Source of the DNA: a virus
DNA: 64,000 nucleotides
Virus record (IMG/VR): IMGVR_UViG_3300045988_167796
Span: 4,032 to 68,031 of that record
Strand: one strand, 5' to 3'
In this document: positions 19,251 through 28,576 of the stretch, piece by piece
Numbering within the stretch: position 1 is the stretch's first letter
How the letters are laid out: the number at the start of each line of letters is the position of its first letter
Position numbers and translations under genes: made by a program
Notes under the pieces: model-generated
The model's database searches: none
Seen by the model: only the letters and a program-made list of their open reading frames with translations
What the model was told of the DNA's origin: nothing

Positions 19251-19556
19251 ATGAGAGATGAATGTAAAAAAGTATTAATGAATTTTGTAAAAGATTTGAA
19301 GGAGGCGAATGAATGTAATAATGTTATTAATATACATATTAAATCTAATGTAACAGAATTTCATGGAACGTGTAAACAAATTGAGTTTATTAATTTGCTT
19401 GATAAAGAAGTATTAATTAATGGTGATACATTTGATATTAGTATTATATTTGATGATTGTGAAATAAAATATGATGAACAAGAAATTGGATATGAATTTT
19501 ACAATGATAATATGGTAGTAAATGTTGATTTTATACATTATAACAAACAATATTAA
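19251..19556 (+). CDS. hypothetical protein
   Basis: 101-aa ORF preceded by the AATAATATTAAAAA motif. Confidence 0.4.
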   Translation: MRDECKKVLMNFVKDLKEANECNNVINIHIKSNVTEFHGTCKQIEFINLLDKEVLINGDTFDISIIFDDCEIKYDEQEIGYEFYNDNMVVNVDFIHYNKQY

Positions 19557-19572
19557 AAACATGAGGTATAAA

Positions 19573-20082
19573 ATGAAGTATAAAGTTGGAGACGAAGTGC
19601 TGGTAAAGGCAAAGATAATTTCCGGAAGCAGAAAATATTTTGGAGTCGAAGTTGAATGCGAGCGTTTTGATGTTTGCGAGGATAATATCGTTCCGGTTCC
19701 AGATATGACCGCAGACGAAGCGTGGGAGATTGCGAAGAAAATCGAAGACATGTCTTGCGAAAAAAGAAGAGAAATATTCGGAACTGATCACAAAGATTAT
19801 ATATTTCAAGAAAATACAGAAAAGCAAGCCAAAGCCAAAATCGAAGCGTGGGAAGCGGAGAAGGAGATTAAGGTTGGGGATGAAGTTGCACTGAAATCAG
19901 ATCCGTGCAACAACGATTACAAGTTTTTCGTAACATACATTGACAAAGCAGGAGGTAGAATAGGTGGATGGTCTAGATTTGGCGGAGATGTATTTGCAGA
20001 AAGAGATATTAAACGATATCAAAAGACAGGCATCCACATCAATATTGAAGGGCTGTTGAAGCAGAACGGAGAAGATAAATGA
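19573..20082 (+). CDS. hypothetical protein with duplicated KVGDEV(L/A) modules
   Basis: SD gaggtataaa, then ATG at 19573. Confidence 0.4.
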   Translation: MKYKVGDEVLVKAKIISGSRKYFGVEVECERFDVCEDNIVPVPDMTADEAWEIAKKIEDMSCEKRREIFGTDHKDYIFQENTEKQAKAKIEAWEAEKEIKVGDEVALKSDPCNNDYKFFVTYIDKAGGRIGGWSRFGGDVFAERDIKRYQKTGIHINIEGLLKQNGEDK

Positions 20083-20345
20083 AATATCCAAAAGAGATGT
20101 ATCTTAATTGTGGTTTTTACGATGGAGATATGGACGGTTCAGAACAATGTCATTCTGAAAAGATAGTAAAGTGCAGAAAACAACATATATGTTCTGCATG
20201 TCAGAAAGAGATTAAGCCTGGCGAAGAAGCATTGTATGAATCCGCTATTGTGGAAGATATGGGTTGGTGCAGCTGCTATACATGTTTGCCATGTATTGAG
20301 GAATGGTTGGAAGAATCCGGACAGGTTGATGTAGAGGAGGATTAG
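20079..20345 (+). CDS. Cys-rich small protein
   Basis: 88-aa ORF with ATGA overlap to the upstream gene. Confidence 0.4.
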   Translation: MKYPKEMYLNCGFYDGDMDGSEQCHSEKIVKCRKQHICSACQKEIKPGEEALYESAIVEDMGWCSCYTCLPCIEEWLEESGQVDVEED

Positions 20346-20347
20346 AA

Positions 20348-20554
20348 ATGGAACACAAGAAAATTGAATTGAAGCCGTGTCCGTTCTGTGGGAGAGAAGC
20401 ATCAATGATAAAAAATGAATGTGAAAAAACTGGATTTACCGGATGGTTTGTTTTTCACAGCTGTGGATTACTGCAGGACATGCACACAAAGATTGAAGAT
20501 ACACCGGAAAGAGCTGCTTATGATTGGAATAGGCGTAGGGAACAGGAGGGATGA
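20348..20554 (+). CDS. lar: Lar-family restriction alleviation protein
   Basis: LKPCPFCGREA...HSCG...EDTPERAAYDWNRR matches the Lar_restr_allev pattern (CPFCG zinc ribbon plus C-terminal A..WNRR). Confidence 0.65.
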   Translation: MEHKKIELKPCPFCGREASMIKNECEKTGFTGWFVFHSCGLLQDMHTKIEDTPERAAYDWNRRREQEG

Positions 20555-20556
20555 CG

Positions 20557-21120
20557 ATGGATTATCAGAAAGTGATTGAACTGCTGAAAAAAGCAAATAG
20601 AAGTAATGATATGGTATGCATTCTTCCGAAGTCAGATATTTCAAAAGTTATTATTTCCGCTATGCAGGAGCTGCAGGAATTATATAGTATTGGCACTGCG
20701 GAAGAACTGCGGGAATCCATGCAGGAGTTGCAGATATACAAAGAAAACGAGAAAAGAAATTTATCCAGAATGGACAGGCTTATGGATGAATGCAGTTACA
20801 GGCACGAAAACGGAAACTGCTTACGAGTTGGGGGATTTTGCACTTCCGTACCACTCAGCCATTGCCAGAGATATAAGGACTGGTACAAAGAGTATATGGG
20901 ATATAGGAAGCTCGGCACACTGGAAGAAGTCCGGGAAGCGGTGGAGAAACAGAAGGCGAAAAGACCTACTTATGACGGAGATGGATATGCGCCAGATGGA
21001 ACGTTTGTATGGGATGAATGGAAGTGCCCTTGCTGCGGAACAAGATACGAAGTGGATTATGAAGAGCATGCTTATTGCCCGTATTGTGGAAAACATATCG
21101 ACTGGTCGGAGGAAGAATGA
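20557..21120 (+). CDS. hypothetical protein with C-terminal zinc ribbon (CPCCG...CPYCG)
   Basis: SD aggaggg, then ATG at 20557. Confidence 0.4.
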   Translation: MDYQKVIELLKKANRSNDMVCILPKSDISKVIISAMQELQELYSIGTAEELRESMQELQIYKENEKRNLSRMDRLMDECSYRHENGNCLRVGGFCTSVPLSHCQRYKDWYKEYMGYRKLGTLEEVREAVEKQKAKRPTYDGDGYAPDGTFVWDEWKCPCCGTRYEVDYEEHAYCPYCGKHIDWSEEE

Positions 21121-21323
21121 AGAAAGTAGAGCATTACATCTGCGAATTATGCGGAACAGAATATAACGACAAAAAGAAATGTGAAGAATGTGAAACCGGG
21201 CATGTGAAACCAACTGAAATAGATGATGCAACGTGGATAGCTATTAAAAGAGATGGTTCTGGTTATCCAACGAAGGTCCACATTAAAATGAGTAACGGAA
21301 ATACAATTACTTATAAAAGATAG
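21117..21323 (+). CDS. zinc-ribbon protein (CELCG...CEEC)
   Basis: SD ggaggaag, then ATG at 21117. Confidence 0.4.
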   Translation: MKKVEHYICELCGTEYNDKKKCEECETGHVKPTEIDDATWIAIKRDGSGYPTKVHIKMSNGNTITYKR

Positions 21324-21338
21324 ATTGGAGTGAGGAAA

Positions 21339-21632
21339 ATGTACGATAATCAAAAAGAGATTGACAAGATTAATGAAGAAATAAAATCTATTTATCCAAA
21401 ACTTGAATTAAGCTCATTTGGAATAGATGGAAATACGGTTATCAGTGTAGGACTTATACTGCCTGTCAAAGGAAATTCAGAAATAATTAAAAAACTTGAG
21501 AACATTGGATTTAAAAAATGTTACAAATATAAGAAATCAGAACCGTTTAATTCAGGATATGCAAGCGGAAGGTATAAAGGATATTCAATGTATCAAAAAA
21601 TGAGTATGGATTTAAAAAGGAGAGAAGAATGA
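21339..21632 (+). CDS. hypothetical protein
   Basis: SD ggagtgagg, then ATG at 21339. Confidence 0.4.
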   Translation: MYDNQKEIDKINEEIKSIYPKLELSSFGIDGNTVISVGLILPVKGNSEIIKKLENIGFKKCYKYKKSEPFNSGYASGRYKGYSMYQKMSMDLKRREE

Positions 21633-21754
21633 GCGATAAAGCGTTATTGGTGATGGAAATCCAAAATGTTGTCATGAATGTCCTGTGTTTGAGTATTCGG
21701 AAGAATTTATTGAAAAATAGATATTATAATTTATATATGATATAATATGGAGGA

Positions 21755-22453
21755 ATGATGAGTAAAGAATTTAAACTTATAAAAGATTATTACGATGAAG
21801 GATATGATTTATATAAAAAAGAAACAATCACTATCAATCCTGGAGTAACTGTTCTTGTAGGATGCAATGGAACCGGAAAAACAACTTTAATGCATCAAAT
21901 CAAAAACCAATTAAAAAAAGAAGATATCCCATGTATTTCATTTGATAACCTTCATGACGGTGGAAGCAAGGCAATATCAAGTGCTGCATTTTTTGAGGAT
22001 TTTGGTTTTGTGGCAACTGCGGCATGTTCTTCTGAAGGTGAAAATATTATAATGAACATCGGCAATCTGGCAAGAAGGTTTGGAAATTTTATAAGAACCG
22101 GTAAAGATAATGGTAGAGAGAATCGATTTGAAGAAGCTTTTACAAGACTGTTAAAAGATGATATAAATGAAGAAAAAGAAGTTCCGAATGAACGTTGGAT
22201 TCTTCTTGATGCAGTTGATAGTGGTCTGAGCGTTGACAATATTGTTGAAATAAAAAAAGACTTATTTAAAACTATACTTGAAGACTATAAAGACGGAGAA
22301 GTATATATTATTGTATCAGCAAACGAATACGAAATGGCCAGAGGAGAACAGTGTTTTGATGTACATAATGGTGAATATGTTACTTTTGCTGATTATGAAG
22401 AATATAGGTATTTTGTTTTGATTAGCAGAAAATGGAAAGATGAAAGATATTAG
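21755..22453 (+). CDS. P-loop ATPase (ABC/AAA_21-like)
   Basis: Walker A GCNGTGKTT and Walker B-like ILLDAVDSGL. Confidence 0.5.
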   Translation: MMSKEFKLIKDYYDEGYDLYKKETITINPGVTVLVGCNGTGKTTLMHQIKNQLKKEDIPCISFDNLHDGGSKAISSAAFFEDFGFVATAACSSEGENIIMNIGNLARRFGNFIRTGKDNGRENRFEEAFTRLLKDDINEEKEVPNERWILLDAVDSGLSVDNIVEIKKDLFKTILEDYKDGEVYIIVSANEYEMARGEQCFDVHNGEYVTFADYEEYRYFVLISRKWKDERY

Positions 22454-22646
22454 AAAGAATAAAAGTCATATGGTTATTGAAAAAGCATATGCAAGACCAG
22501 GAACAGGAGACGATTTTGGCGAATACAGCTATCTCTATACAGAATGTGGAAACTGGTGGTATTCTGTGAATACAGATCCGATGCGCAGAGATGGTTGTAT
22601 TTGTCCTAAATGTGGGAAGACTGTTAAGGTTGTGGTGCCTGGATGA
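22440..22646 (+). CDS. zinc-ribbon protein (CICPKCG)
   Basis: 68-aa ORF overlapping the upstream gene. Confidence 0.4.
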   Translation: MKDIRKNKSHMVIEKAYARPGTGDDFGEYSYLYTECGNWWYSVNTDPMRRDGCICPKCGKTVKVVVPG

Positions 22647-22717
22647 AAGAGTGATTTTAATGGTAAAATAATACTATATATAGTGCTGAAATGAATTAAA
22701 TATACAATATATAGTAT

Positions 22718-22969
22718 ATGTGGATGGCAATGAAAGAACATAAATATAGAATAACAAATTTAGAATCAAATATGACGCATGATGTGATCGGTTCGCATAA
22801 TGTATTTTGGTATTTAGGAAGATACATATATAATAAGAATTGTATAACGCCATTATTGTCAGAAAAGGAGTTAAGCATTTGCGACAAGGCAGAAGAGTGG
22901 TGTGAAAATGCGGTTCCTGGTAATGTGTTAATTACCGATGATTTTTATATAAAAGTTTTAAATAACTGA
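22718..22969 (+). CDS. hypothetical protein
   Basis: 83-aa ORF with a weak SD. Confidence 0.3.
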   Translation: MWMAMKEHKYRITNLESNMTHDVIGSHNVFWYLGRYIYNKNCITPLLSEKELSICDKAEEWCENAVPGNVLITDDFYIKVLNN

Positions 22970-22983
22970 ATGGAGATATTGAT

Positions 22984-23259
22984 ATGGGATATAAAGAATT
23001 ATTAGAATCAAAAGGGTTTTCTCTTAATGAATATCCAGAAGGAAAGTTTTGGGAATTTGTGGTGAAAGATGATGAAAATTTAAAAGCAAGAATATGTAAA
23101 ATATTTCAGGCAGATGTAGAATTGTTCGTAAATGGAACGGATATTGATACACTCATTTTACAGTGTGCAGAAGATTTTGCGAAATGTTTATTTTATTATG
23201 ATTGTAATCCATTTGGTATGGAAACTAAAGTGTTTATGGAATGTGTTGAGGAAATGTAG
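22984..23259 (+). CDS. hypothetical protein
   Basis: 91-aa ORF after a short AT-rich spacer (ttgatatg); no clear SD. Confidence 0.4.
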   Translation: MGYKELLESKGFSLNEYPEGKFWEFVVKDDENLKARICKIFQADVELFVNGTDIDTLILQCAEDFAKCLFYYDCNPFGMETKVFMECVEEM

Positions 23260-23278
23260 GTAGATTGGAGGAATTGGT

Positions 23279-23479
23279 ATGAAACAATATGAAAATATCA
23301 AAAAAGAAATCAATGATTGTGAATCTGCTATGGAAATGGCAGGATATTTAGATGGGATAAATGTAGCTGCTATCATATATTGCAAACAAAATTATCCTGA
23401 TGAAGTATATATGACCGAAAGTGGTGAAAGTAAGGTTACTGTATGTGGAATGGTATACTTTTTGGAGAGAGAATTGTAA
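23279..23479 (+). CDS. hypothetical protein
   Basis: 66-aa ORF with SD ggaggaattgg. Confidence 0.4.
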   Translation: MKQYENIKKEINDCESAMEMAGYLDGINVAAIIYCKQNYPDEVYMTESGESKVTVCGMVYFLEREL

Positions 23480-23519
23480 ATAGATTTTGGTTTTTATATG
23501 AAAAATTGGAGGTAAAATT

Positions 23520-23813
23520 ATGATAAAAGAACATATTGGGTATCCAGACGATGATTTTACAACAACTAAATTAGCGTCTTCATATATTGAGAAACATAAT
23601 TTGATTATGGCATTAAAAGAAACAGCTTTTTGCGTAGTAGAAGAATCAAAAGATGGTGTTGATTGCACTAAAAATAGATATGGATACAGAAATATGGATA
23701 CTTGCAAAAACTATGAGTTTGAGAAGATCAAATTATCGGAACTAAATGGAACAGTAGGTGAAATTCAAAGTAAATATTATGGAAAGAATGTTTGGCTGCT
23801 ATTAGATAAATAG
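23520..23813 (+). CDS. hypothetical protein
   Basis: 97-aa ORF with SD ggaggtaaaa. Confidence 0.4.
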   Translation: MIKEHIGYPDDDFTTTKLASSYIEKHNLIMALKETAFCVVEESKDGVDCTKNRYGYRNMDTCKNYEFEKIKLSELNGTVGEIQSKYYGKNVWLLLDK

Positions 23814-23828
23814 AAAGAAGTGTGTATT

Positions 23829-23999
23829 ATGGATAATATATGTGATTATGATGAGGCATACAATAGAGAAGACGCTTATGAAATAGGTTGGTGCTATAAA
23901 TGTAAGTGTAATCCTAAATGCCCTTATAAAAAGAAAGCAACACAAAATATGTTTAAAATTATGGGGAATCCATTAAAGTTAAAAGGTAGATTGAGATAA
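23829..23999 (+). CDS. small Cys-rich protein (56 aa, below ORF-track cutoff)
   Basis: Manual translation MDNICDYDEAYNREDAYEIGWCYKCKCNPKCPYKK... Confidence 0.3.
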   Translation: MDNICDYDEAYNREDAYEIGWCYKCKCNPKCPYKKKATQNMFKIMGNPLKLKGRLR

Positions 24000-24011
24000 A
24001 CAGGGGATATT

Positions 24012-24539
24012 ATGAAATTTAAAGATATACCACAATTGACAAGAGAAGGTTCGTGGCAAGCAAACATGCCTTTGAAATATGTTTTTGATCGAATAAAAGA
24101 GTGGGAAGAAGACGATTACTATCAGTTGCAACTTAATCCTAAATTTCAACGTGGACATGTTTGGACAGAAGAACAGCAAATCGCATATGTGGAATTCTTA
24201 CTTCGAGGTGGAAAATCTGCTAAAGTGATTTATTTTAATAAGCCGAGCTGGCAAAGTAGTATGATTATTGATGGTTATGATGATTTTGTGTGCGTTGATG
24301 GACTTCAAAGACTCACGGCAGTCATGAGATTTTTGAATAATGAAATCAAAGTGTTTGATACTTATTATAAAGATTATGAAGACAAATTACCGATTGGAAT
24401 TGATTTGGTATTTAACGTAAACAATCTCAAAACAGAGAAAGAAGTATTACAGTGGTATGTAGACATGAATGCAGGTGGTACTCCACATACGAATGAAGAA
24501 ATTGAGCGAGTTAAGAATATGATTGCAGAATTGGAGTAA
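24012..24539 (+). CDS. stand-alone DUF262 (ParB-like nuclease domain) protein
   Basis: PKFQRGHVWTEEQ and VDGLQRLTAV (DGQQR signature) motifs. Confidence 0.55.
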   Translation: MKFKDIPQLTREGSWQANMPLKYVFDRIKEWEEDDYYQLQLNPKFQRGHVWTEEQQIAYVEFLLRGGKSAKVIYFNKPSWQSSMIIDGYDDFVCVDGLQRLTAVMRFLNNEIKVFDTYYKDYEDKLPIGIDLVFNVNNLKTEKEVLQWYVDMNAGGTPHTNEEIERVKNMIAELE

Positions 24540-24545
24540 TTTACA

Positions 24546-24866
24546 ATGAATATGAAAAATGCAAAAGCAAGATTGGAAAGTTGGTATAATGGAGAAGATG
24601 TTGATATAAGTCCTGAAGTTTTAGATTGTGCATATAAGGCAATTTGTTTTTATTTAGAACATGAAACAGTCAATAAATTAAAAAATGGGTATTGGTTAAA
24701 TCGTGCTAAACATAACGATTATTTATGGGCTGAATGTTCTGAGTGTGGCTTTCGGGTAGAAAATTACAAGGCAGTTGAAACAGGTATTTCTAGTGATGAT
24801 TATATTGGCGTAAAATATAGCTATTGTCCTAAATGTGGTTCTAAAATGGAAGTAAAAAAGAAATGA
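24546..24866 (+). CDS. zinc-ribbon protein (CSECG...CPKCG)
   Basis: 106-aa ORF. Confidence 0.4.
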   Translation: MNMKNAKARLESWYNGEDVDISPEVLDCAYKAICFYLEHETVNKLKNGYWLNRAKHNDYLWAECSECGFRVENYKAVETGISSDDYIGVKYSYCPKCGSKMEVKKK

Positions 24867-24900
24867 AATGCTGTTTCTATAGTGAAAATCGGAGGTTGTT

Positions 24901-25050
24901 ATGGAAGAAAAATACAGGGTTTTATATAAAGGATTCAGTGGTGGATTTAATTTATCAGAAGATTTAAAGTTAGATGATGCTCGGGATTTTAAAGAAAAGT
25001 GTATTTCTATAGGATATCCGTCAGTTTATATTATTCAGATAGTTGAATAG
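24901..25050 (+). CDS. hypothetical small protein (49 aa)
   Basis: SD ggaggttgtt, then ATG at 24901. Confidence 0.35.
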   Translation: MEEKYRVLYKGFSGGFNLSEDLKLDDARDFKEKCISIGYPSVYIIQIVE

Positions 25051-25090
25051 CAATTAAATGTTTGTTTTATCAGCAGGACTGGAGGATAAT

Positions 25091-25240
25091 ATGACTGATT
25101 CACAGTACGGAATAGATGAAATAAAGTATAATATTGATACTGTAATCCAGAGCAGTATGTTTGAAACAGATGAAGAGAATTGGAAAATTATTCTGGAAGT
25201 GCAAAGTAGATTGTATGAAGAATTTGGAATCAATGAATGA
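25091..25240 (+). CDS. hypothetical small acidic protein
   Basis: SD ggagga, then ATG at 25091. Confidence 0.35.
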   Translation: MTDSQYGIDEIKYNIDTVIQSSMFETDEENWKIILEVQSRLYEEFGINE

Positions 25241-25274
25241 AATATATTTTCATTTTGTATCATGAGGTGATATT

Positions 25275-25598
25275 ATGAGAATAGAAGCATTAAAATATAG
25301 AACAGAAGACAAGAACGATATTATAATTTGTGTGGATTTCTATGAATCTTATAGGAAACCAGAGTGGAGAATAGCGGATATAAAATATAAAGCATCAAGA
25401 CAAAGGAAGTATAAATATTTCAGCGAAACATTCAGAGATGATTATGATTATAGAAAATTAGATGTACCAGAAAGATGGATTTATGCATTAAAAAAATTTG
25501 AAGAATTTGTAGGTAGAGACAAGTTGGAAGAAGCAATAATGGCAGCGTGGAAAAGTTTTGAACCGAATTTAGAAGAAATATTGGTTGGTAATATATAA
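25275..25598 (+). CDS. hypothetical protein
   Basis: 107-aa ORF with SD gaggtgata. Confidence 0.4.
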   Translation: MRIEALKYRTEDKNDIIICVDFYESYRKPEWRIADIKYKASRQRKYKYFSETFRDDYDYRKLDVPERWIYALKKFEEFVGRDKLEEAIMAAWKSFEPNLEEILVGNI

Positions 25599-25649
25599 TA
25601 TAAATAACGTGTCAACGATTTTGATTGCGTTAATATTTATACTGTAATA

Positions 25650-25663
25650 AATAATATTAAAAA
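25650..25663 (+). promoter_or_regulatory. AATAATATTAAAAA motif
   Basis: Upstream of ligA. Confidence 0.4.
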
Positions 25664-25676
25664 TAGGAGATAATGA

Positions 25677-27668
25677 ATGAAAACATATAACCAATATAAC
25701 ATAAGAGAACTTGTAAACGATCTTAATAAGTATAGAGATGCGTATTATAATGAATCGAAAAGTTTAATTTCTAACTTTGAATATGATCAATTATATGATC
25801 AGCTACAAAAATTGGAAGAAGAAACAGGGATTATATTAAGTAATTCTCCTACGCAATCTGTGGGATATGAAGTGAAAAGTGAATTGAAGAAGGTAAAGCA
25901 TAGTCATTCTATGCTATCTTTAGATAAAACAAAGTCTGTTAGTGATCTTCAAAAGTTTGCTGGTGATAAAGACTGTGTATTAATGTGTAAGATGGACGGA
26001 TTGACATGCCTACTTACATATGAAGATGGATATTTGGTCCATGCAGAAACAAGAGGTAATGGTGAAATTGGAGAGGATATTACTCATAATGCAAAAGTGT
26101 TTGATAATATTCCGCTCCATATTAATTATCCTGGCAAGTTGGAAATTGAAGGAGAGGCTATTATTACATATAAGGATTTTGAAGAAATTAATTCGAATAT
26201 TAAAAACGAAGAAGATAAATATAAAAATCCTCGTAATCTTGCATCCGGATCCGTTAGGCAGCTAGACAGCAAAATTGCTGCGAAAAGGCATATTAAGTTT
26301 ATTGTATGGAAAGTACCAACAAGAAATAATGGATTTAGCATGATGGATAATTTTAATTTTGCTAGACAATTAGGTTTTGATGTTGTACCATGGTTGTCAT
26401 ATTGCGAATCTGATAGTGATATTCTTAATGATATGATTGATGGATTAAGAAATTCTGCTAATTCATTTGGGTATCCGATTGATGGTATTGTTATGGCGTA
26501 TAATGATATTAAATATGGATTATCTCTTGGAACGACAAATAGATTTCCAAGGCATTCTATTGCTTTTAAATTTTACGACGAAGAAGTAGAAACTGTATTA
26601 AAAAATATTGAATGGGGTATGGGCAAACACGGCACTCTTACGCCTGTAGCAGTATTTGTTCCAGTGGAAATTGACGGAACTACTGTAGAGAGAGCGTCTT
26701 TACATAATGTAAGTATTATGAATGATCTTGAATTGTCATATGGAGATACGATTACTGTATATAAAGCAAATCAAATTATCCCGCAGGTTTTAGATAATTT
26801 AGATAGATCGTTACATGATTTATGCGTTCCTCCGGAAAAGTGTCCAATATGCGGTGCTGGCACAAAACTTGTAAAAGAAAATGATACACAGGTGCTTATT
26901 TGTACAAATCCAGATTGTAAAGGAAAACTTCTTGGAAAATTATGTAATTTTGTAAGCCGTGATGCTCATGATATCAGAGGATTATCTGAAGCAACATTAC
27001 AGCTATTAATTGATCGTGATTATATAATTGGGTTAGCAGACATATTCTATTTAAAAGATTGCGTGGAAGAAATAGCAGCGCTTCCAGGTATGGGAGAGAA
27101 GTCTGTAAATAGTATATGTGATCAGATTGAGAAATGCAGACATACTACAATTAGTAAGTTTCTTTTCGGATTATCTATTCCTTTAATTGGACGTACACAA
27201 AGTAAGACAATTGAAAAGTTTTTTAATGGAAATATTGATGATTTTATGTATGCATGGAGTTGCGGATTTGGTTTTGATTGGACTCAGCTTGATGACTTTG
27301 GACCGGCAAAATACAATTCTATGGCAAGGTTCTTTTTGAATAATCAAAGAGAGATATTTAATTTAGCAGATGAATTTATATTTGACGGTGGTAAAACCGA
27401 GAATATATCAAATATTAAAACGTTAGAAGGTAAATCTATTTGTATTACTGGGAAGCTTCATATATATAAGAATCGTGATGAGCTGATTGCTGACATAGAA
27501 GGCCATGGCGGAAAAGTGGTATCCGGAGTGACAAAGAAAACAGATTATCTTTTAACTAATGATACAACAAGTGGATCCAGTAAAAATAAAAAAGCTGCAG
27601 AGTTAGGAATACAAATTATTACAGAAGATCAGTTTGTAAAAATATTCTTTAAAAATTCTAATGAATAA
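25677..27668 (+). CDS. ligA: NAD-dependent DNA ligase
   Basis: Adenylation motif CKMDG, Cys4 zinc finger CPICG..CTNPDCKG, HhH region, C-terminal BRCT-like segment. AATAATATTAAAAA motif plus SD upstream. Confidence 0.8.
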   Translation: MKTYNQYNIRELVNDLNKYRDAYYNESKSLISNFEYDQLYDQLQKLEEETGIILSNSPTQSVGYEVKSELKKVKHSHSMLSLDKTKSVSDLQKFAGDKDCVLMCKMDGLTCLLTYEDGYLVHAETRGNGEIGEDITHNAKVFDNIPLHINYPGKLEIEGEAIITYKDFEEINSNIKNEEDKYKNPRNLASGSVRQLDSKIAAKRHIKFIVWKVPTRNNGFSMMDNFNFARQLGFDVVPWLSYCESDSDILNDMIDGLRNSANSFGYPIDGIVMAYNDIKYGLSLGTTNRFPRHSIAFKFYDEEVETVLKNIEWGMGKHGTLTPVAVFVPVEIDGTTVERASLHNVSIMNDLELSYGDTITVYKANQIIPQVLDNLDRSLHDLCVPPEKCPICGAGTKLVKENDTQVLICTNPDCKGKLLGKLCNFVSRDAHDIRGLSEATLQLLIDRDYIIGLADIFYLKDCVEEIAALPGMGEKSVNSICDQIEKCRHTTISKFLFGLSIPLIGRTQSKTIEKFFNGNIDDFMYAWSCGFGFDWTQLDDFGPAKYNSMARFFLNNQREIFNLADEFIFDGGKTENISNIKTLEGKSICITGKLHIYKNRDELIADIEGHGGKVVSGVTKKTDYLLTNDTTSGSSKNKKAAELGIQIITEDQFVKIFFKNSNE

Positions 27669-27677
27669 TATTAAAAA
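27664..27677 (+). promoter_or_regulatory. AATAATATTAAAAA motif
   Basis: Immediately 5' of the TTGACA at 27683. Confidence 0.4.
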
Positions 27678-27682
27678 ATATG

Positions 27683-27711
27683 TTGACAAAGTTCATACGA
27701 AGTGATATAGT
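27683..27711 (+). promoter_or_regulatory. sigma-70-type promoter TTGACA-N17-TATAGT preceded by AATAATATTAAAAA
   Basis: TTGACA at 27683-27688 and TATAGT at 27706-27711. Confidence 0.5.
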
Positions 27712-27892
27712 GTAAACATCTCAATAAGAGATATGGCGGCTAACGTAAATGTTCCTTCTGAAATAATAGAAAATTGTAAGTACGAAATGAGTTTACATTT
27801 ATAAATTTCCGCCATAACTAAATGGCTATAAGAAAAATTGAATACATATATTATTTTTCTTGATTTCTATTTATGAAAGGTGTAAAAAATTG

Positions 27893-28576
27893 AAACGTTA
27901 TTATTTGAAGTATGGCGATAGTTATTTCGCCAGAGATAAAGCCGGGAATTTATTTCTAACTACAAACAAAGGATCAGCATTATTTTATGACGAAAATGAT
28001 AAGAATAAACTTATCAATATAAAGAATAATTTACCTAAACATTATAAAAAAGATAGAGTAATTCTTTTTTATTCAGAAAAAGATACAAAGAGTGAAGAAA
28101 ATAATAAATCATCCCCAATAATGAGTAATAATAAAAATGGTGATGAAAAATTAAGAATAGAGTTGAAATCAGAATCAGAATTGAAATCAAAATCAGAATT
28201 TGACGATGTAAAAGATAAAATATGTTCGTTATCAATCGAATTTAAAAAAATGTTGGATAGTAAAGATACATTACTTAAACAATTATCTGAAGTAGATATG
28301 ATGATAAGTGATGAAATGCATTATATAGAGTTTTATAAATTTTCTGCTTCTGAAGGTTATAAAATATGTAAGGAAATTCAGAGACTAAGAGACGAGAGAA
28401 GAAAGATCAAAAACAAGCTTGAAGCAATTAATATTATAAATTCTCAAACTTGCACAGGATTAGCTTTGGGCAGTACATTGAAAGCTTTTAATAGCATTGA
28501 AAATAAACAATATGAACCTAGAGTGTTAAAGGGACTATTTGAAGGGAAAGAAAATAGAAGGAGAAAGATAGGATGA
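27893..28576 (+). CDS. hypothetical protein with K/S/E-rich repeat region
   Basis: TTG start after SD gaaaggtg. Alternative TTG at 27860. Confidence 0.4.
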   Translation, partial: KRYYLKYGDSYFARDKAGNLFLTTNKGSALFYDENDKNKLINIKNNLPKHYKKDRVILFYSEKDTKSEENNKSSPIMSNNKNGDEKLRIELKSESELKSKSEFDDVKDKICSLSIEFKKMLDSKDTLLKQLSEVDMMISDEMHYIEFYKFSASEGYKICKEIQRLRDERRKIKNKLEAINIINSQTCTGLALGSTLKAFNSIENKQYEPRVLKGLFEGKENRRRKIG

